A DNA stretch of 64,000 nucleotides from NCBI GenBank assembly GCA_016839805.1, contig JAEOTO010000015.1, positions 50,373 to 114,372 on the forward strand, given 5' to 3'. The notes beneath the pieces are model-generated. The model saw only the letters and a program-made list of their open reading frames with translations. It made no database searches and was not told the DNA's origin. This document shows positions 50,267 through 59,806 of this stretch, piece by piece. The DNA comes from Candidatus Hermodarchaeota archaeon (lineage in GTDB: Archaea; Asgardarchaeota; Hermodarchaeia; Hermodarchaeales; Hermodarchaeaceae). Both the position numbers and the translations under genes were made by a program. Every line of letters starts with the position of its first letter. Within the stretch, counting starts at the first letter, position 1.

Positions 50267-50944
50267 ATGACTAGACGACAGGATCAAATAAGTCGGGTGC
50301 GACGGTCCAGACAGGCTGCAAAACGCATGTATGATCGATATAGTCGAGTCTATGATTGGATCGGGGGACAGTTTGAACGGAAATATGCTTTGGCAGGTGT
50401 TCAATCATTAGGATTGAGGCCAGGAGAACAAGTGTTAGAAATTGGATATGGTACAGGTCACATGCTTGGTGCCCTAGCCAATTTAGTAAGTTCCTCGGGT
50501 AAAATCTGGGGTATTGATATTTCGGAAGGAATGTACAACATCGCTCTTAGAAGAATTCAGCGGATGGGCCTTGGGCCACGAGTGCGTCTTTTATGCGGTG
50601 ATGCGATAAACCTTCCTTTTGATTCTGATTCCTTTGATGTCGTGTTCATGAGTTTTACCTTGGAGCTCTTTGATACTCCTGAGATTCCTCAGCTCCTCAA
50701 GCAATGTCGGCGTGTCTTACGCAAGGGTGGACGAATCGGAGTGGTTGCCCTATCAAAGAAGCCCTCACCAGGACGTATTAGTCGTCTCTACGAATGGTTA
50801 CACCATTATTTCCCGAAATGGATTGACTGTAGACCAATCTTCCTTTCTCAGATTCTAAGTAATACTGGTTTTCAGGTTAGACGACAATTCCTCTTCCCGA
50901 TGTTTGGGCTACACGTTGAACTCGTAATCGCATTGAATCCTTGA
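50267..50944 (+). CDS. Class I SAM-dependent methyltransferase (UbiE-like)
   Basis: LEIGYGTG, GIDIS.GM, GDA..LPF, RVLR.GG. Confidence 0.9.
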   Translation: MTRRQDQISRVRRSRQAAKRMYDRYSRVYDWIGGQFERKYALAGVQSLGLRPGEQVLEIGYGTGHMLGALANLVSSSGKIWGIDISEGMYNIALRRIQRMGLGPRVRLLCGDAINLPFDSDSFDVVFMSFTLELFDTPEIPQLLKQCRRVLRKGGRIGVVALSKKPSPGRISRLYEWLHHYFPKWIDCRPIFLSQILSNTGFQVRRQFLFPMFGLHVELVIALNP

Positions 50945-51020
50945 AAGACCCTTTAGATGACCTTAATTATTCAAATACAATCGAGTCGCATTGTTAGTTA
51001 GTGAATTTAGGAGATCTCAA

Positions 51021-51467
51021 ATGATGAGGCAAACAAAGGAACAGATTCTAACCGTAGCAAAGGAATTCGATGATGCCATTGAAACTCGTAATCACGAGCA
51101 GATCCTTCCCTTCTTTGCAAAAGACTGTGTTATTGAATTACTTGATGTAACTCTTCAAGGATGGGATGGAGCTAAGCGATGGTTGGAGTGGATGTTTTCA
51201 CATCTTACAGCTATTCGGTTCGACCCTGTTGTGATTATGGTAGACGGTGACACTTTCTTTGAAGAATTCATCGTGACAGGGACACTCAAGGATGGGCGCC
51301 AGGTGATCTCTAAACAGGCGGAGGTTCTCATCTACGAAGATTTGAAGGTTAAGCACCTTCGGATTTATTTTGACCGATTAGACTTTGCTGGTGCTGTGGC
51401 CACTGGATGGTTCAATCGAACCGTTATCAATCGATTGAAAAAAGCCAGCACGAAGGGTCTTATCTAA
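51021..51467 (+). CDS. SnoaL/NTF2-like protein
   Basis: FA.DCV, R.YFDR pattern; about 150 aa. Confidence 0.75.
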   Translation: MMRQTKEQILTVAKEFDDAIETRNHEQILPFFAKDCVIELLDVTLQGWDGAKRWLEWMFSHLTAIRFDPVVIMVDGDTFFEEFIVTGTLKDGRQVISKQAEVLIYEDLKVKHLRIYFDRLDFAGAVATGWFNRTVINRLKKASTKGLI

Positions 51468-51536
51468 ACCGAAGGGAACTAATACTCCGCGCTCCATACC
51501 ATAGCGGTTCTTCAGTCAATCTGAACAAGCTATGAA

Positions 51537-52217
51537 GTGGCTAGAATGCTAACCTTTACCTATCATGGGCTAGCCTGTGTGGAACTTGAGCTCGCGATCT
51601 GTCTGCTTCTTAATCCGGGCAGGAGTCCGTATGAAGAATTGGAACTCCTTACAACCAAGAATCCTGATTATGTACTGGTCAGTAGCTCGGCAGATGTGTT
51701 CATGGGTTATGTGTCCCAGTTCCCACCTAACCCTGACCGCATGATTTTCGGTAATGAGCAGGTGATTGCTAGTCTTCAAGAGCAAGGGATTGATATCACA
51801 CAGCTTCGAGCAATCAAGCATGCGGAATCCTTTGATGCTGGTCAAGGTGTGGTGGTTACCGCCTATGAGCAAAGCTATGAGACAGACCAACTCATCACCA
51901 ATACCATGTATTATGTGACAAGTAAACAGGCAAACGTGTTACATCTGGGACAAGCACAGAATCTTCGTGGCTTAGGTGACTGCCGTCCGCATCTGCTCTG
52001 CATTCCTATTGCAGGACCGAAGTCTGGTGTGTTTACTCCCCAGGCTGCCGCCGAAACGGCAGCTCTCATTGAACCCAATTATGTGTTACCCCTATTAGGT
52101 GATGTTGCTCAATCGACCCAATTCGATATTGCCGTTGCAGCTCAAAAGAAAAAAATTACACGGTTATTTCCTGCTGAAGGTGAAGCCTATTCGGTTCCCA
52201 TCTATGAAAGGAAGTAA
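51537..52217 (+). CDS. Degenerate MBL-fold protein
   Basis: TYHG.AC, NP, DYVLVS, HLG, IPI.G, AA....P..V.P; no HxHxDH. Confidence 0.6.
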   Translation: MARMLTFTYHGLACVELELAICLLLNPGRSPYEELELLTTKNPDYVLVSSSADVFMGYVSQFPPNPDRMIFGNEQVIASLQEQGIDITQLRAIKHAESFDAGQGVVVTAYEQSYETDQLITNTMYYVTSKQANVLHLGQAQNLRGLGDCRPHLLCIPIAGPKSGVFTPQAAAETAALIEPNYVLPLLGDVAQSTQFDIAVAAQKKKITRLFPAEGEAYSVPIYERK

Positions 52218-52231
52218 AACCAAAATACCGA

Positions 52232-52585
52232 CTAAGAGATCATGGATTCGATACCCCGCAGGCGAAGGTAACTAGCCTGAAACCGCAACTCAGCTGCAAG
52301 CTGGGTGTCACCTGAATCCTCATAAATTTTCGCAAGTTTTTCCAAGGCTTGTGCAGCTTGTGAGAGATCTTCTGTACCCAGACTGTGTTGGACCTGCATC
52401 TCAAAACAGGCCAGTGCTTTCGATTCATAATCTCGTGGCGATTTGTGAGCCTTCCGGGCAAGTCGGGCGGCTCGTTGATAGAGTATTCCAGCTGTGTAAT
52501 AATCCTGTAAATTCCTACGTTTCCGTGCCTCACGTACATATCCGCGAATCTTCGCGACATACAATTCGCTGCTCAAGCTCTCCAC
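52232..52585 (-). CDS. Small helical-repeat (TPR/SNAP-like) protein
   Basis: AG.LY.RAA and AA...EKLAKIYE..G...A pattern. Confidence 0.55.
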   Translation of the reverse strand: MESLSSELYVAKIRGYVREARKRRNLQDYYTAGILYQRAARLARKAHKSPRDYESKALACFEMQVQHSLGTEDLSQAAQALEKLAKIYEDSGDTQLAAELRFQASYLRLRGIESMIS

Positions 52586-52715
52586 AACCCGACTAGCTCA
52601 CTCAGGTATATACCATATGAAACTCCGCATAAGTGTTTCCTTGTCTTCCCAGGTTCAAAATATGTACGTCATCAATTAAGATGAATCGTTGGGAGACAAG
52701 ACATCTTACTATATG

Positions 52716-54170
52716 TTAGATAAAGCTAAGTTGAGTAATCTGTTTAAGGAAAGGTTCTGGGTCCAGGGGAAACTTTGAGATAGGAAAATCAGCTCGGGTC
52801 GCTGCAAGTTCTGCAATATATTTTCCGGCACGAGGCTCCTCCCACCATGCTTCTCCAAACTCCTCAATTAGATTATGTTGAATCTGTGTCGTTCTCATTG
52901 AAGCCATTAAATAGCTGGGATTGTAGAGAATATGTTCGACGTTTATAGGATAGAGAAGCCAATAATTACCGGGGATTTCAATGTAAAAGCGACGAGTGAG
53001 ATTTTCCCATCGAGACGATGCTTGTTCAAAGGATAAGCTGTCTTTCCAGAAGGATAGCTTCATTAAGCTATTGGCAGCAAGAAAAACAGTGAAGAATAGT
53101 CCTGAGGCCTTACTACGGTCAAGACAATCATTGATGACTTTGGAGGGTAATCCAAGTTCTTTAGTGAGAAATAATCGGTTTTCAAGTAATCCATCAATGA
53201 GGAACGAGAAAGTTTCACTCACACTAAGGGGAACCGCGTGACGCTTCCAAAAAGGATCCTTCGGGTTAGCACAAAGTGCATGAATGCCATGTCCAAATTC
53301 ATGAAATATACTAATGAAGGCTCCTAATGGATTATATGGATTGTTAATAACTCGGATATCCTCTGGAATGCGAACCTCAACAATCACAGCATGAGGGCGT
53401 TTCAGAGGTCTGTCTTCAGAATCTATTTTTATCCCTTCAACGTTAAAACCAAGAGTCTTCAAAGTTTTTTTCACATGAACCAATGGATCAAGGCCCCTTA
53501 GGTGGTTGCTTAAAGGCTGATTAACATTATAGTGAAAAAATGCGTGATCATCTTGGGGACTAAATGGTTCACCTTTTATTTTCTGACAGTAATATTCGGC
53601 TGCTTGAAGAAAGGGTTTTCGTGCCCTCTCAGCCAGCTGAGTAATTAATCTTGTAAGTGTGGAATACTGGATTTGCTCTTTTTCTAAATAGATATCCAGT
53701 GGGTTTTCGTTGTAGCGGTCACAGATCTCTTGATGTGCCGTGAATCTTTGTTTTACATATGGAATGAGTTTTGGGGCTTGTTCAACGAAGGAGTCAAAAG
53801 CTACCTTGAGTGCTGACCAGTCTGTTGTTTGAATTCTAAATTTACCCCAAGTCAACAAGTTAACTGGCTTCCCATCAATTTGAACTTCCGGTGTTGAGAT
53901 TTTTTCATATTCTTTTGAAAGTTGAAGGATAAAGGGGAGTCCCATTGCATTCGCTAGATTTTCGAGCATTAATAAATAAAATGGACGTGGCTTAATTGAT
54001 TGTTCTAATGCGGTTTCAGCTAATTCTTTCCCTTTGATGGCTGTTTGAAATAATAAGGTTTCATCAAAGGGTAACCCAGCATATTGTTTGTACAACTGGT
54101 CCATTACCGTTGCATACAAATCCTCTGCTTGTTTTTCTATTTCGTCAACAGATAGCAAAAATGAAACCAC
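52716..54170 (-). CDS. Zinc metallopeptidase (M3/M32-like gluzincin)
   Basis: FHEFGHGIH plus downstream SETFS. Confidence 0.75.
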   Translation of the reverse strand: MVSFLLSVDEIEKQAEDLYATVMDQLYKQYAGLPFDETLLFQTAIKGKELAETALEQSIKPRPFYLLMLENLANAMGLPFILQLSKEYEKISTPEVQIDGKPVNLLTWGKFRIQTTDWSALKVAFDSFVEQAPKLIPYVKQRFTAHQEICDRYNENPLDIYLEKEQIQYSTLTRLITQLAERARKPFLQAAEYYCQKIKGEPFSPQDDHAFFHYNVNQPLSNHLRGLDPLVHVKKTLKTLGFNVEGIKIDSEDRPLKRPHAVIVEVRIPEDIRVINNPYNPLGAFISIFHEFGHGIHALCANPKDPFWKRHAVPLSVSETFSFLIDGLLENRLFLTKELGLPSKVINDCLDRSKASGLFFTVFLAANSLMKLSFWKDSLSFEQASSRWENLTRRFYIEIPGNYWLLYPINVEHILYNPSYLMASMRTTQIQHNLIEEFGEAWWEEPRAGKYIAELAATRADFPISKFPLDPEPFLKQITQLSFI

Positions 54171-54407
54171 TCCTATTTTACAATCAGCTCGTTGGCTTAA
54201 TTGAATATCGTATAGACTAAGACTTTGTCGATGTATTTAATTTTTCACTACTAGGCCTTGAAGAAAGGTATACTTGTCCATTGTCGAAGAATATTTTGAA
54301 TTATGTGCCTTCCTGCTTGCTTTCTTTGATGAGATATGGGCAGTTTTTGAAAACTACGGGTGACATGCTTACATTGCCCAATGTTAGGGCGTTTTAGACC
54401 GTTTTTA

Positions 54408-54440
54408 CCTATACTCGGTATTGTTGTGATTTATGTTTCT
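54408..54440. repeat. Dispersed repeat, copy 1
   Basis: CCTATACTCGGTATTGTTGTGATTTATGTTTCT; 29/33 identical to 54997-55029. Confidence 0.85.
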
Positions 54441-54474
54441 TGGTGTATTCCGTTTATCCTTCCTAGATAGATGG

Positions 54475-54936
54475 TCAAGTCTTAAGTTGAGATGCGATTT
54501 TCTTTCCGAAATCTTTGCATTTAGGAAACTCTCCCTCTGTGACTGGTCCCTTCATTCCATCAACCCTTATTGACAGACCAGAAGTTACTAGCTTCAATTT
54601 GGGAACCTTTTCGCTTATTCTCTTCTCCATTTTCTTCACAGACTTTTCGAAGTCTTCTCCCAGATAGGTGTCGAAAACAGCAACCCATTTCGCCTTTAAG
54701 TCAAGTTTGCCAAGTTTATCAATAAACTTATTAATACCTCTAACAGGTCCCCCAAAATGCGTTGGTGACCCTATCAATATTGCATCATAATCGGCTGCTT
54801 TTTTCGGATCAGCATCCTTGACATCACTGATGGCAATTTCTATTCCCTCGACTTCACCTATTCCCTCCATGATCTTTTCGGCTACAAGCTTTGTGTTGCC
54901 ATACTTTGTGTCATAAATGACAATAACCCTTACCAT
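54475..54936 (-). CDS. Flavodoxin
   Basis: YDTKYGNT, IGSPT, AVFDT. Confidence 0.9.
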   Translation of the reverse strand: MVRVIVIYDTKYGNTKLVAEKIMEGIGEVEGIEIAISDVKDADPKKAADYDAILIGSPTHFGGPVRGINKFIDKLGKLDLKAKWVAVFDTYLGEDFEKSVKKMEKRISEKVPKLKLVTSGLSIRVDGMKGPVTEGEFPKCKDFGKKIASQLKT

Positions 54937-54996
54937 TTCGTTCACCATTCATTATACCTATTCTCTAAGTTTTTTATGACTTGTTGTTTGTTCTTG

Positions 54997-55041
54997 CTTA
55001 TACTCGGCATTGTCGTGATTTGTGTTTCTAGCACGTGTTAG
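54997..55041. repeat. Dispersed repeat, copy 2
   Basis: CTTATACTCGG-N14-GTGTTTCTAGCACGTGTTAG. Confidence 0.85.
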
Positions 55042-55172
55042 CTTTTCCGTCAAGGTGTTAGTATGAGTGTTTCTTATCAATGGAAAACCGAAAAAATGTA
55101 AATTCGATTGTTAGGACTGAAAACTTTAAACATTCTGTGAATATGTTTGTGTGCTACGAATGGCTAGTTTAG

Positions 55173-55643
55173 GTGAAAATGGTGAACAAGACTCTGGTGG
55201 CTTTTGTTAGTAAAGGTGGAGCAACAAAAGAAGCATCTGAAATCATCGCTGATATTCTAAAAGAGAAGTACAAGTTTACAGTTGACCTAGTCGACTTAAA
55301 AAAACATTCACCAAACCTCGAAGAATACGACAATATTGTCATAGGAGCTGGGGTTCGAGTTGGAAAAGTCTATGGTAAAGCTTTGAAGTTTCTCAAGCAA
55401 GACTTCGGAGATAGAAAAGTAGCATTCTTTGTATGTTCTGGAGATGCTGGAGACCCCGAAAAGTATGAAGAGGCATGCACGAAATACATTATTGGTGTGT
55501 TGGCGAATTATCCACATGTCAAGACCGTTGCCACGGAAGCGTTTGGTGGTCGCATGAAAATGCTGGGGAAAACAATGTTTGACAAATTTGACCCAGCAAA
55601 GATTCGTACTTGGGCTGAAAACCTTGGAAGCAAGCTAACATAG
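55173..55643 (+). CDS. Flavodoxin domain protein (HemG/Flavodoxin_5-like)
   Basis: SKGGATKE, YDNIVIGAG, VAFFVCS, FGGR. Confidence 0.85.
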   Translation: MKMVNKTLVAFVSKGGATKEASEIIADILKEKYKFTVDLVDLKKHSPNLEEYDNIVIGAGVRVGKVYGKALKFLKQDFGDRKVAFFVCSGDAGDPEKYEEACTKYIIGVLANYPHVKTVATEAFGGRMKMLGKTMFDKFDPAKIRTWAENLGSKLT

Positions 55644-55714
55644 AAAAGAGAGAGCACTAACCTGAAATCATTGCGAATCCACACGGTGAGTGAAGCGTTA
55701 GGGAAAAAACATAA

Positions 55715-56728
55715 CTATTTTCGGGCAATGTCGAGTTCCATTGGTCCCATGAAGGTATCCATGGTTTGTGAACGGACGGATTTGAACCCAACTTTGCGCA
55801 TGGAATCTGCAATATGTCCCTGATCAATTCCAGCCTCCTGTCCCATTAAGGCCATAGATAGTAAGCTCAACACAATGGATTCTGGCTTTGTTCGTTCATG
55901 AGTCTGCCCAAAAGGGAAAATAGAAACAAAAACGCCACTTGGATTTAAGCTGTCAAATACTTTTTTCACAACAGAGTCGATGTCAGTGGCAAATTGGAGT
56001 ACACCAGACGCCAAGACTAGATCGTATCCCTCGCCGATAGAATCTTGGTTGAAGTCTCCGCCACGGACCTCCATTTTGTCCTCCATCCCATACTCCTTAA
56101 TGTACGCCTTGGCTTCCCGAACGACTGGTGGCAGGTCGAAGTTTACGCCGTTCATGCTAGGGTGTGCATCAACAATGGCCATCCCGATGAGGCCTGGCCC
56201 GCCACCCAGATCCAGCATCTTCCGAAATGACGGAAACTCTGGTAGTCCCAAAACAATCTCCACTGCTTCCTGAGCGTAACCAGCCTTCTCAGCGTCAGCC
56301 ATTAAGACAACTCCCTTAGTCACCATGTCCTCAGAGAACGAAGGCGTTTCCGGCTGAGGGGGAGGGCCTTCTCTTACCAGCTTAGTGAGGTTCTCAAAAA
56401 CTTCAGCGTCAGGCTGCATAAAGGGAAGTAGCCGTCCTAAGAATGTTGGGCCACCTTCAACCAGAAAAGCCTGTGCTTCGGGTGAGTTTTTATAAAGTTC
56501 ATTCTTTTTCTCTAAAAGGTTAATCGCCGCTAAAGCATCGAGGAATAGTCTCGTGTTATTTGGATGGGTGTCTATAGCCTTAGTCACGGCATCAGCTGAC
56601 TTTGGCTCGGAAAGCTCGTTAAACACCTTGAGCTCAATGCCCGCCATAAGCAGCTTCGACCGGATAGGTGCTATGAGCATCCCGTAAAGGTTCCCATAAC
56701 CAACCTTCACTTCAGGCAGCTTTTTCAT
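55715..56728 (-). CDS. O-methyltransferase with dimerisation domain
   Basis: LDLGGGPG, FDLP.V, GDF; N-terminal wHTH. Confidence 0.9.
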   Translation of the reverse strand: MKKLPEVKVGYGNLYGMLIAPIRSKLLMAGIELKVFNELSEPKSADAVTKAIDTHPNNTRLFLDALAAINLLEKKNELYKNSPEAQAFLVEGGPTFLGRLLPFMQPDAEVFENLTKLVREGPPPQPETPSFSEDMVTKGVVLMADAEKAGYAQEAVEIVLGLPEFPSFRKMLDLGGGPGLIGMAIVDAHPSMNGVNFDLPPVVREAKAYIKEYGMEDKMEVRGGDFNQDSIGEGYDLVLASGVLQFATDIDSVVKKVFDSLNPSGVFVSIFPFGQTHERTKPESIVLSLLSMALMGQEAGIDQGHIADSMRKVGFKSVRSQTMDTFMGPMELDIARK

Positions 56729-56873
56729 CGTATCTACCCCTTTCTTTCAAACACTTGTTCGGTGATAATTAATAAAACCTTATTTTTTATTTAATCGATC
56801 GATACTCATAATATCCATACAATATATGGTGAAAATCTAAATGTCAAAAGATTATCGTGTTAGCCCTGAGACT

Positions 56874-56918
56874 CTTATACACGGAAAGGTGCAGGAAGGT
56901 GTTTCTAACACGTGTTAG
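56874..56918. repeat. Dispersed repeat, copy 3
   Basis: CTTATACACGG-N14-GTGTTTCTAACACGTGTTAG; same spacing as copy 2 but a different core. Confidence 0.8.
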
Positions 56919-56973
56919 GTTTATTTCTTTGCTAAAATGACGGGCTTTTTAGGTAGAAGGAGAATCTTATACT

Positions 56974-57174
56974 ATGGGTTCAATAGTTTCTAAATTGTAT
57001 CAACGAATGCCACCTAGCAGGCTTCGTGATTTAACACGAACGGCGCTTTTACTTCGTCAGTTATCAGAAGCTGAAATGCTCCTTCGTGGTGTTGCTTGGA
57101 TTGAAATAGCCATGCGATTGGCTTCACACAACTCACTTGAGGTTGTATTATCGCAGAGGGAAAGAAATGAGTGA
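56974..57174 (+). CDS. Small protein, putative antitoxin-like partner
   Basis: 66 aa; stop overlaps the start of the downstream nucleotidyltransferase. Confidence 0.5.
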   Translation: MGSIVSKLYQRMPPSRLRDLTRTALLLRQLSEAEMLLRGVAWIEIAMRLASHNSLEVVLSQRERNE

Positions 57175-57772
57175 ACCACCTGCTTTTTTAGAGCTTTTAA
57201 GAATCGTTTCAGATTATTTTCATCAACGAAAGGTTCGGTATGTTATTGTTGGCGGGATTGCAGTTTCAGTCTATGGGTATCCACGGTCAACACAAGATAT
57301 TGATTTAATCATTGATCATGAAGAACTGGATGTCAATGACTTCTGCGATTTCCTTCGTACAAATCATTTTCAAGTCACCGAAATTGACCTACTTGCAGCG
57401 TTCAAGGAAAAATCACATGCAACAATTTTCCACCGAACACTTTCAACTAGACTTGATGTGAAAGGTAAATTCTCTATCGAGGACGAAGATACCTTGCATA
57501 CGGCGCTAGAATTGTCCATTGAAGATTTTAAAATAACCCTCGTGAGTCCTGAAGCTTTCATTATTCATAAGCTGAAGTTTGGCTCCTCACGTGATTTAGA
57601 AGATGCACTTGCCGTGTATATTCGGATGAAACCAAAACTTCTAACAAAAGAGTTACACAGGATTGCTCGATTAACAAAAGTAGAACCTCTGCTTTCTGAA
57701 TTGATTGAAATCGCTGATAAATCCATTAAGCAACAGAAAAAATGGGTGAATAGTCAACTAGGAAGAGACTAA
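57167..57772 (+). CDS. Nucleotidyltransferase (DUF6036/AbiEii-like)
   Basis: IVGG.A...YG.PR.TQDID, KL......D..DA. Confidence 0.82.
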   Translation: MSEPPAFLELLRIVSDYFHQRKVRYVIVGGIAVSVYGYPRSTQDIDLIIDHEELDVNDFCDFLRTNHFQVTEIDLLAAFKEKSHATIFHRTLSTRLDVKGKFSIEDEDTLHTALELSIEDFKITLVSPEAFIIHKLKFGSSRDLEDALAVYIRMKPKLLTKELHRIARLTKVEPLLSELIEIADKSIKQQKKWVNSQLGRD

Positions 57773-58076
57773 ATACAAAGAGGGTCTTTTTTCCCAGAAC
57801 TGCTACAGGTTAAGTGGTTATTACCAACATGTGTGATAGGGTATCTGTCCGACTAAGTGTTATTGTTGGCTAGCTTAGCCAAAGACCGGTGATGTTTTGT
57901 GGTTCTTGACCTCCCAAAATTCAGGATATCTAAACAGCAAATAAATTTAAACAGTCTGCGAATACGATTCAATGTGCGAGGAACGACGCATAACTTCTCG
58001 AATAGTTCCTCCTATACTCCAATTTTACCTCATCTACACGGAGAAGTTACTCCATTATCCTCCTAGAACCCGTCTG

Positions 58077-58526
58077 TTAAACTCCAAAAACGCTTGAATT
58101 ACTCAAGACTTTCAGAGCAGAGAATTCCTTGACTTTTTCCAACTCACCATCTGCGAGTGGGCCTTCCCGTCCTGTAACAAAAAAACTGACTGGTTTCATA
58201 GTAATATTAAAGCCGAGTTTCTTCAGCTTACTCTGTATCTTCTTGGCCGCGCTCCCCGCGAATCTCGAATCCATTTTGGTGTCGAAGGCGGCAGCTTTTT
58301 TCTCTCCAAATGATTGGCCTTCGATTTTTTTGAAAAACTGTTTCATCCCAGCTGACATATTCCATGCATGGGTTGGACTGCCAACAACAAACACGTTGTA
58401 TTCTTTGAGCTTTGTGACTTCGACATCAGTGACCTTGATTACGTCAGCATTGAGCACCTTCGCAATGCCCTTTGCAACCTGTTCGGTGTTTCCGAACTTG
58501 GTGTCATAGACTACAATGGCTTTCAT
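58077..58526 (-). CDS. Flavodoxin
   Basis: YDTKFGNT, VGSPTH, AAFDT. Confidence 0.9.
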   Translation of the reverse strand: MKAIVVYDTKFGNTEQVAKGIAKVLNADVIKVTDVEVTKLKEYNVFVVGSPTHAWNMSAGMKQFFKKIEGQSFGEKKAAAFDTKMDSRFAGSAAKKIQSKLKKLGFNITMKPVSFFVTGREGPLADGELEKVKEFSALKVLSNSSVFGV

Positions 58527-58608
58527 GAGGGATAGGCAAAATGGAATTAGTTATAAACGTTACGTGTGTCAAGAGCAAAAAACAGGTGTCTGTGCTTTTG
58601 TTAATTTG

Positions 58609-59646
58609 TCAGAATTGGTGGTTCTTCTTTTTTTGCAGGAATTCGCTTATCTTTTTTTTACCAGGGATTGCCCAAAGGGGGTAGTCTGGATCTAATAGGT
58701 CCGCTTCGATTAATAACTCGGCTAAGCATAGCCGGAAAGGATTGTTGCCCCAAACTACGCGGGGATAGGAGACATAATCTTCGACTGACCGGGTATAGGC
58801 TGCAGCTTTCACCTCATTAATAATAGGAACAGCAGTCCCAGGACGATCAATAATAAGTCCGATATCAACGAGCGGCTCGTTTGTAGTGATACTAGCCCAC
58901 CAAAAAGCATCAGGATACTTGTTGTATACTCCTTCTATGATCTCCTGACCTCTGGCTTTTGACTCATCATAACGAATCTTTAGCCGATATTCCATGTCTC
59001 CCAGTGCGAAGATATTATATCCTGCAAAGATGTGGACTCCTCCTCCTTCCTTAAGCTCACGCAGAATTTTTCGCACTCGTCTAGCGGTAAAACCAGTTCG
59101 TTCCACGATTTGTGAGACCGGCATTCGTCCGTCATCGAACAGACAACGAAGGACCTGTAATTGGCTCTTAGTAAAGTTGACTTTCTTCCCTCTTGAATGC
59201 ATATAAAAATCTGGGGGCATGTTGGGGAACAGAAACTCAATAGGTCTCACCTCAATCTCCGTTGCACTGCTAATATTTTGGAGAAACCGTTCAAATCCTA
59301 GAGTCTCGCTTGCCCCTGACACGACGGACCAATACTCATAGCGCATATCACCAGTACGATAAATCTCCACCACGCTGGGATGGGTCGCGATTTGTTCCAT
59401 GAACTCAATCACGTTTTCGGACCCATCGGTAAAGACGTAACCAGCCACATGTTCAGCATCCAGCATTGCTAAACTCACAATCACAGCGCATCCACCCAGA
59501 ACTTTTTGTGTGTGAAGTTTTTTAATTCGGTTTTTAATGGTATTTGGTGCCAAGTTGAATTTCTTTGCCAATGCCTGGTACGATATCCTACCATTCGCAT
59601 GTAATTCTAAAATCAGAGCGTAATCCACTGGGTCCAAGCAACTCAC
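58609..59646 (-). CDS. Double-module Lrp/AsnC-type regulator (paralog 3)
   Basis: LD..D..LI..L..N.R.SY..LA and a second L..D.R..V..I...G.....V.K.L..L HTH. Confidence 0.82.
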   Translation of the reverse strand: MSCLDPVDYALILELHANGRISYQALAKKFNLAPNTIKNRIKKLHTQKVLGGCAVIVSLAMLDAEHVAGYVFTDGSENVIEFMEQIATHPSVVEIYRTGDMRYEYWSVVSGASETLGFERFLQNISSATEIEVRPIEFLFPNMPPDFYMHSRGKKVNFTKSQLQVLRCLFDDGRMPVSQIVERTGFTARRVRKILRELKEGGGVHIFAGYNIFALGDMEYRLKIRYDESKARGQEIIEGVYNKYPDAFWWASITTNEPLVDIGLIIDRPGTAVPIINEVKAAAYTRSVEDYVSYPRVVWGNNPFRLCLAELLIEADLLDPDYPLWAIPGKKKISEFLQKKKNHQF

Positions 59647-59806
59647 CCTTAACTTTCTTCATCTAGGAATTCATTTGCTGGTTTTCATCTGACTTTGAAG
59701 GCAATAGACGACCTTCTTCCCGAACAATTAGTCCAAGTAGGATTGATATTTTATTAAAAAATTACCCATTTGATTTTTCAAGGTCACTTAATGATAGCTT
59801 AAGTTG

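Noticed and set aside
54408-56918. CRISPR array interpretation of the repeats
   Set aside because: Copies are hundreds to thousands of bp apart with genes between them; no cas genes
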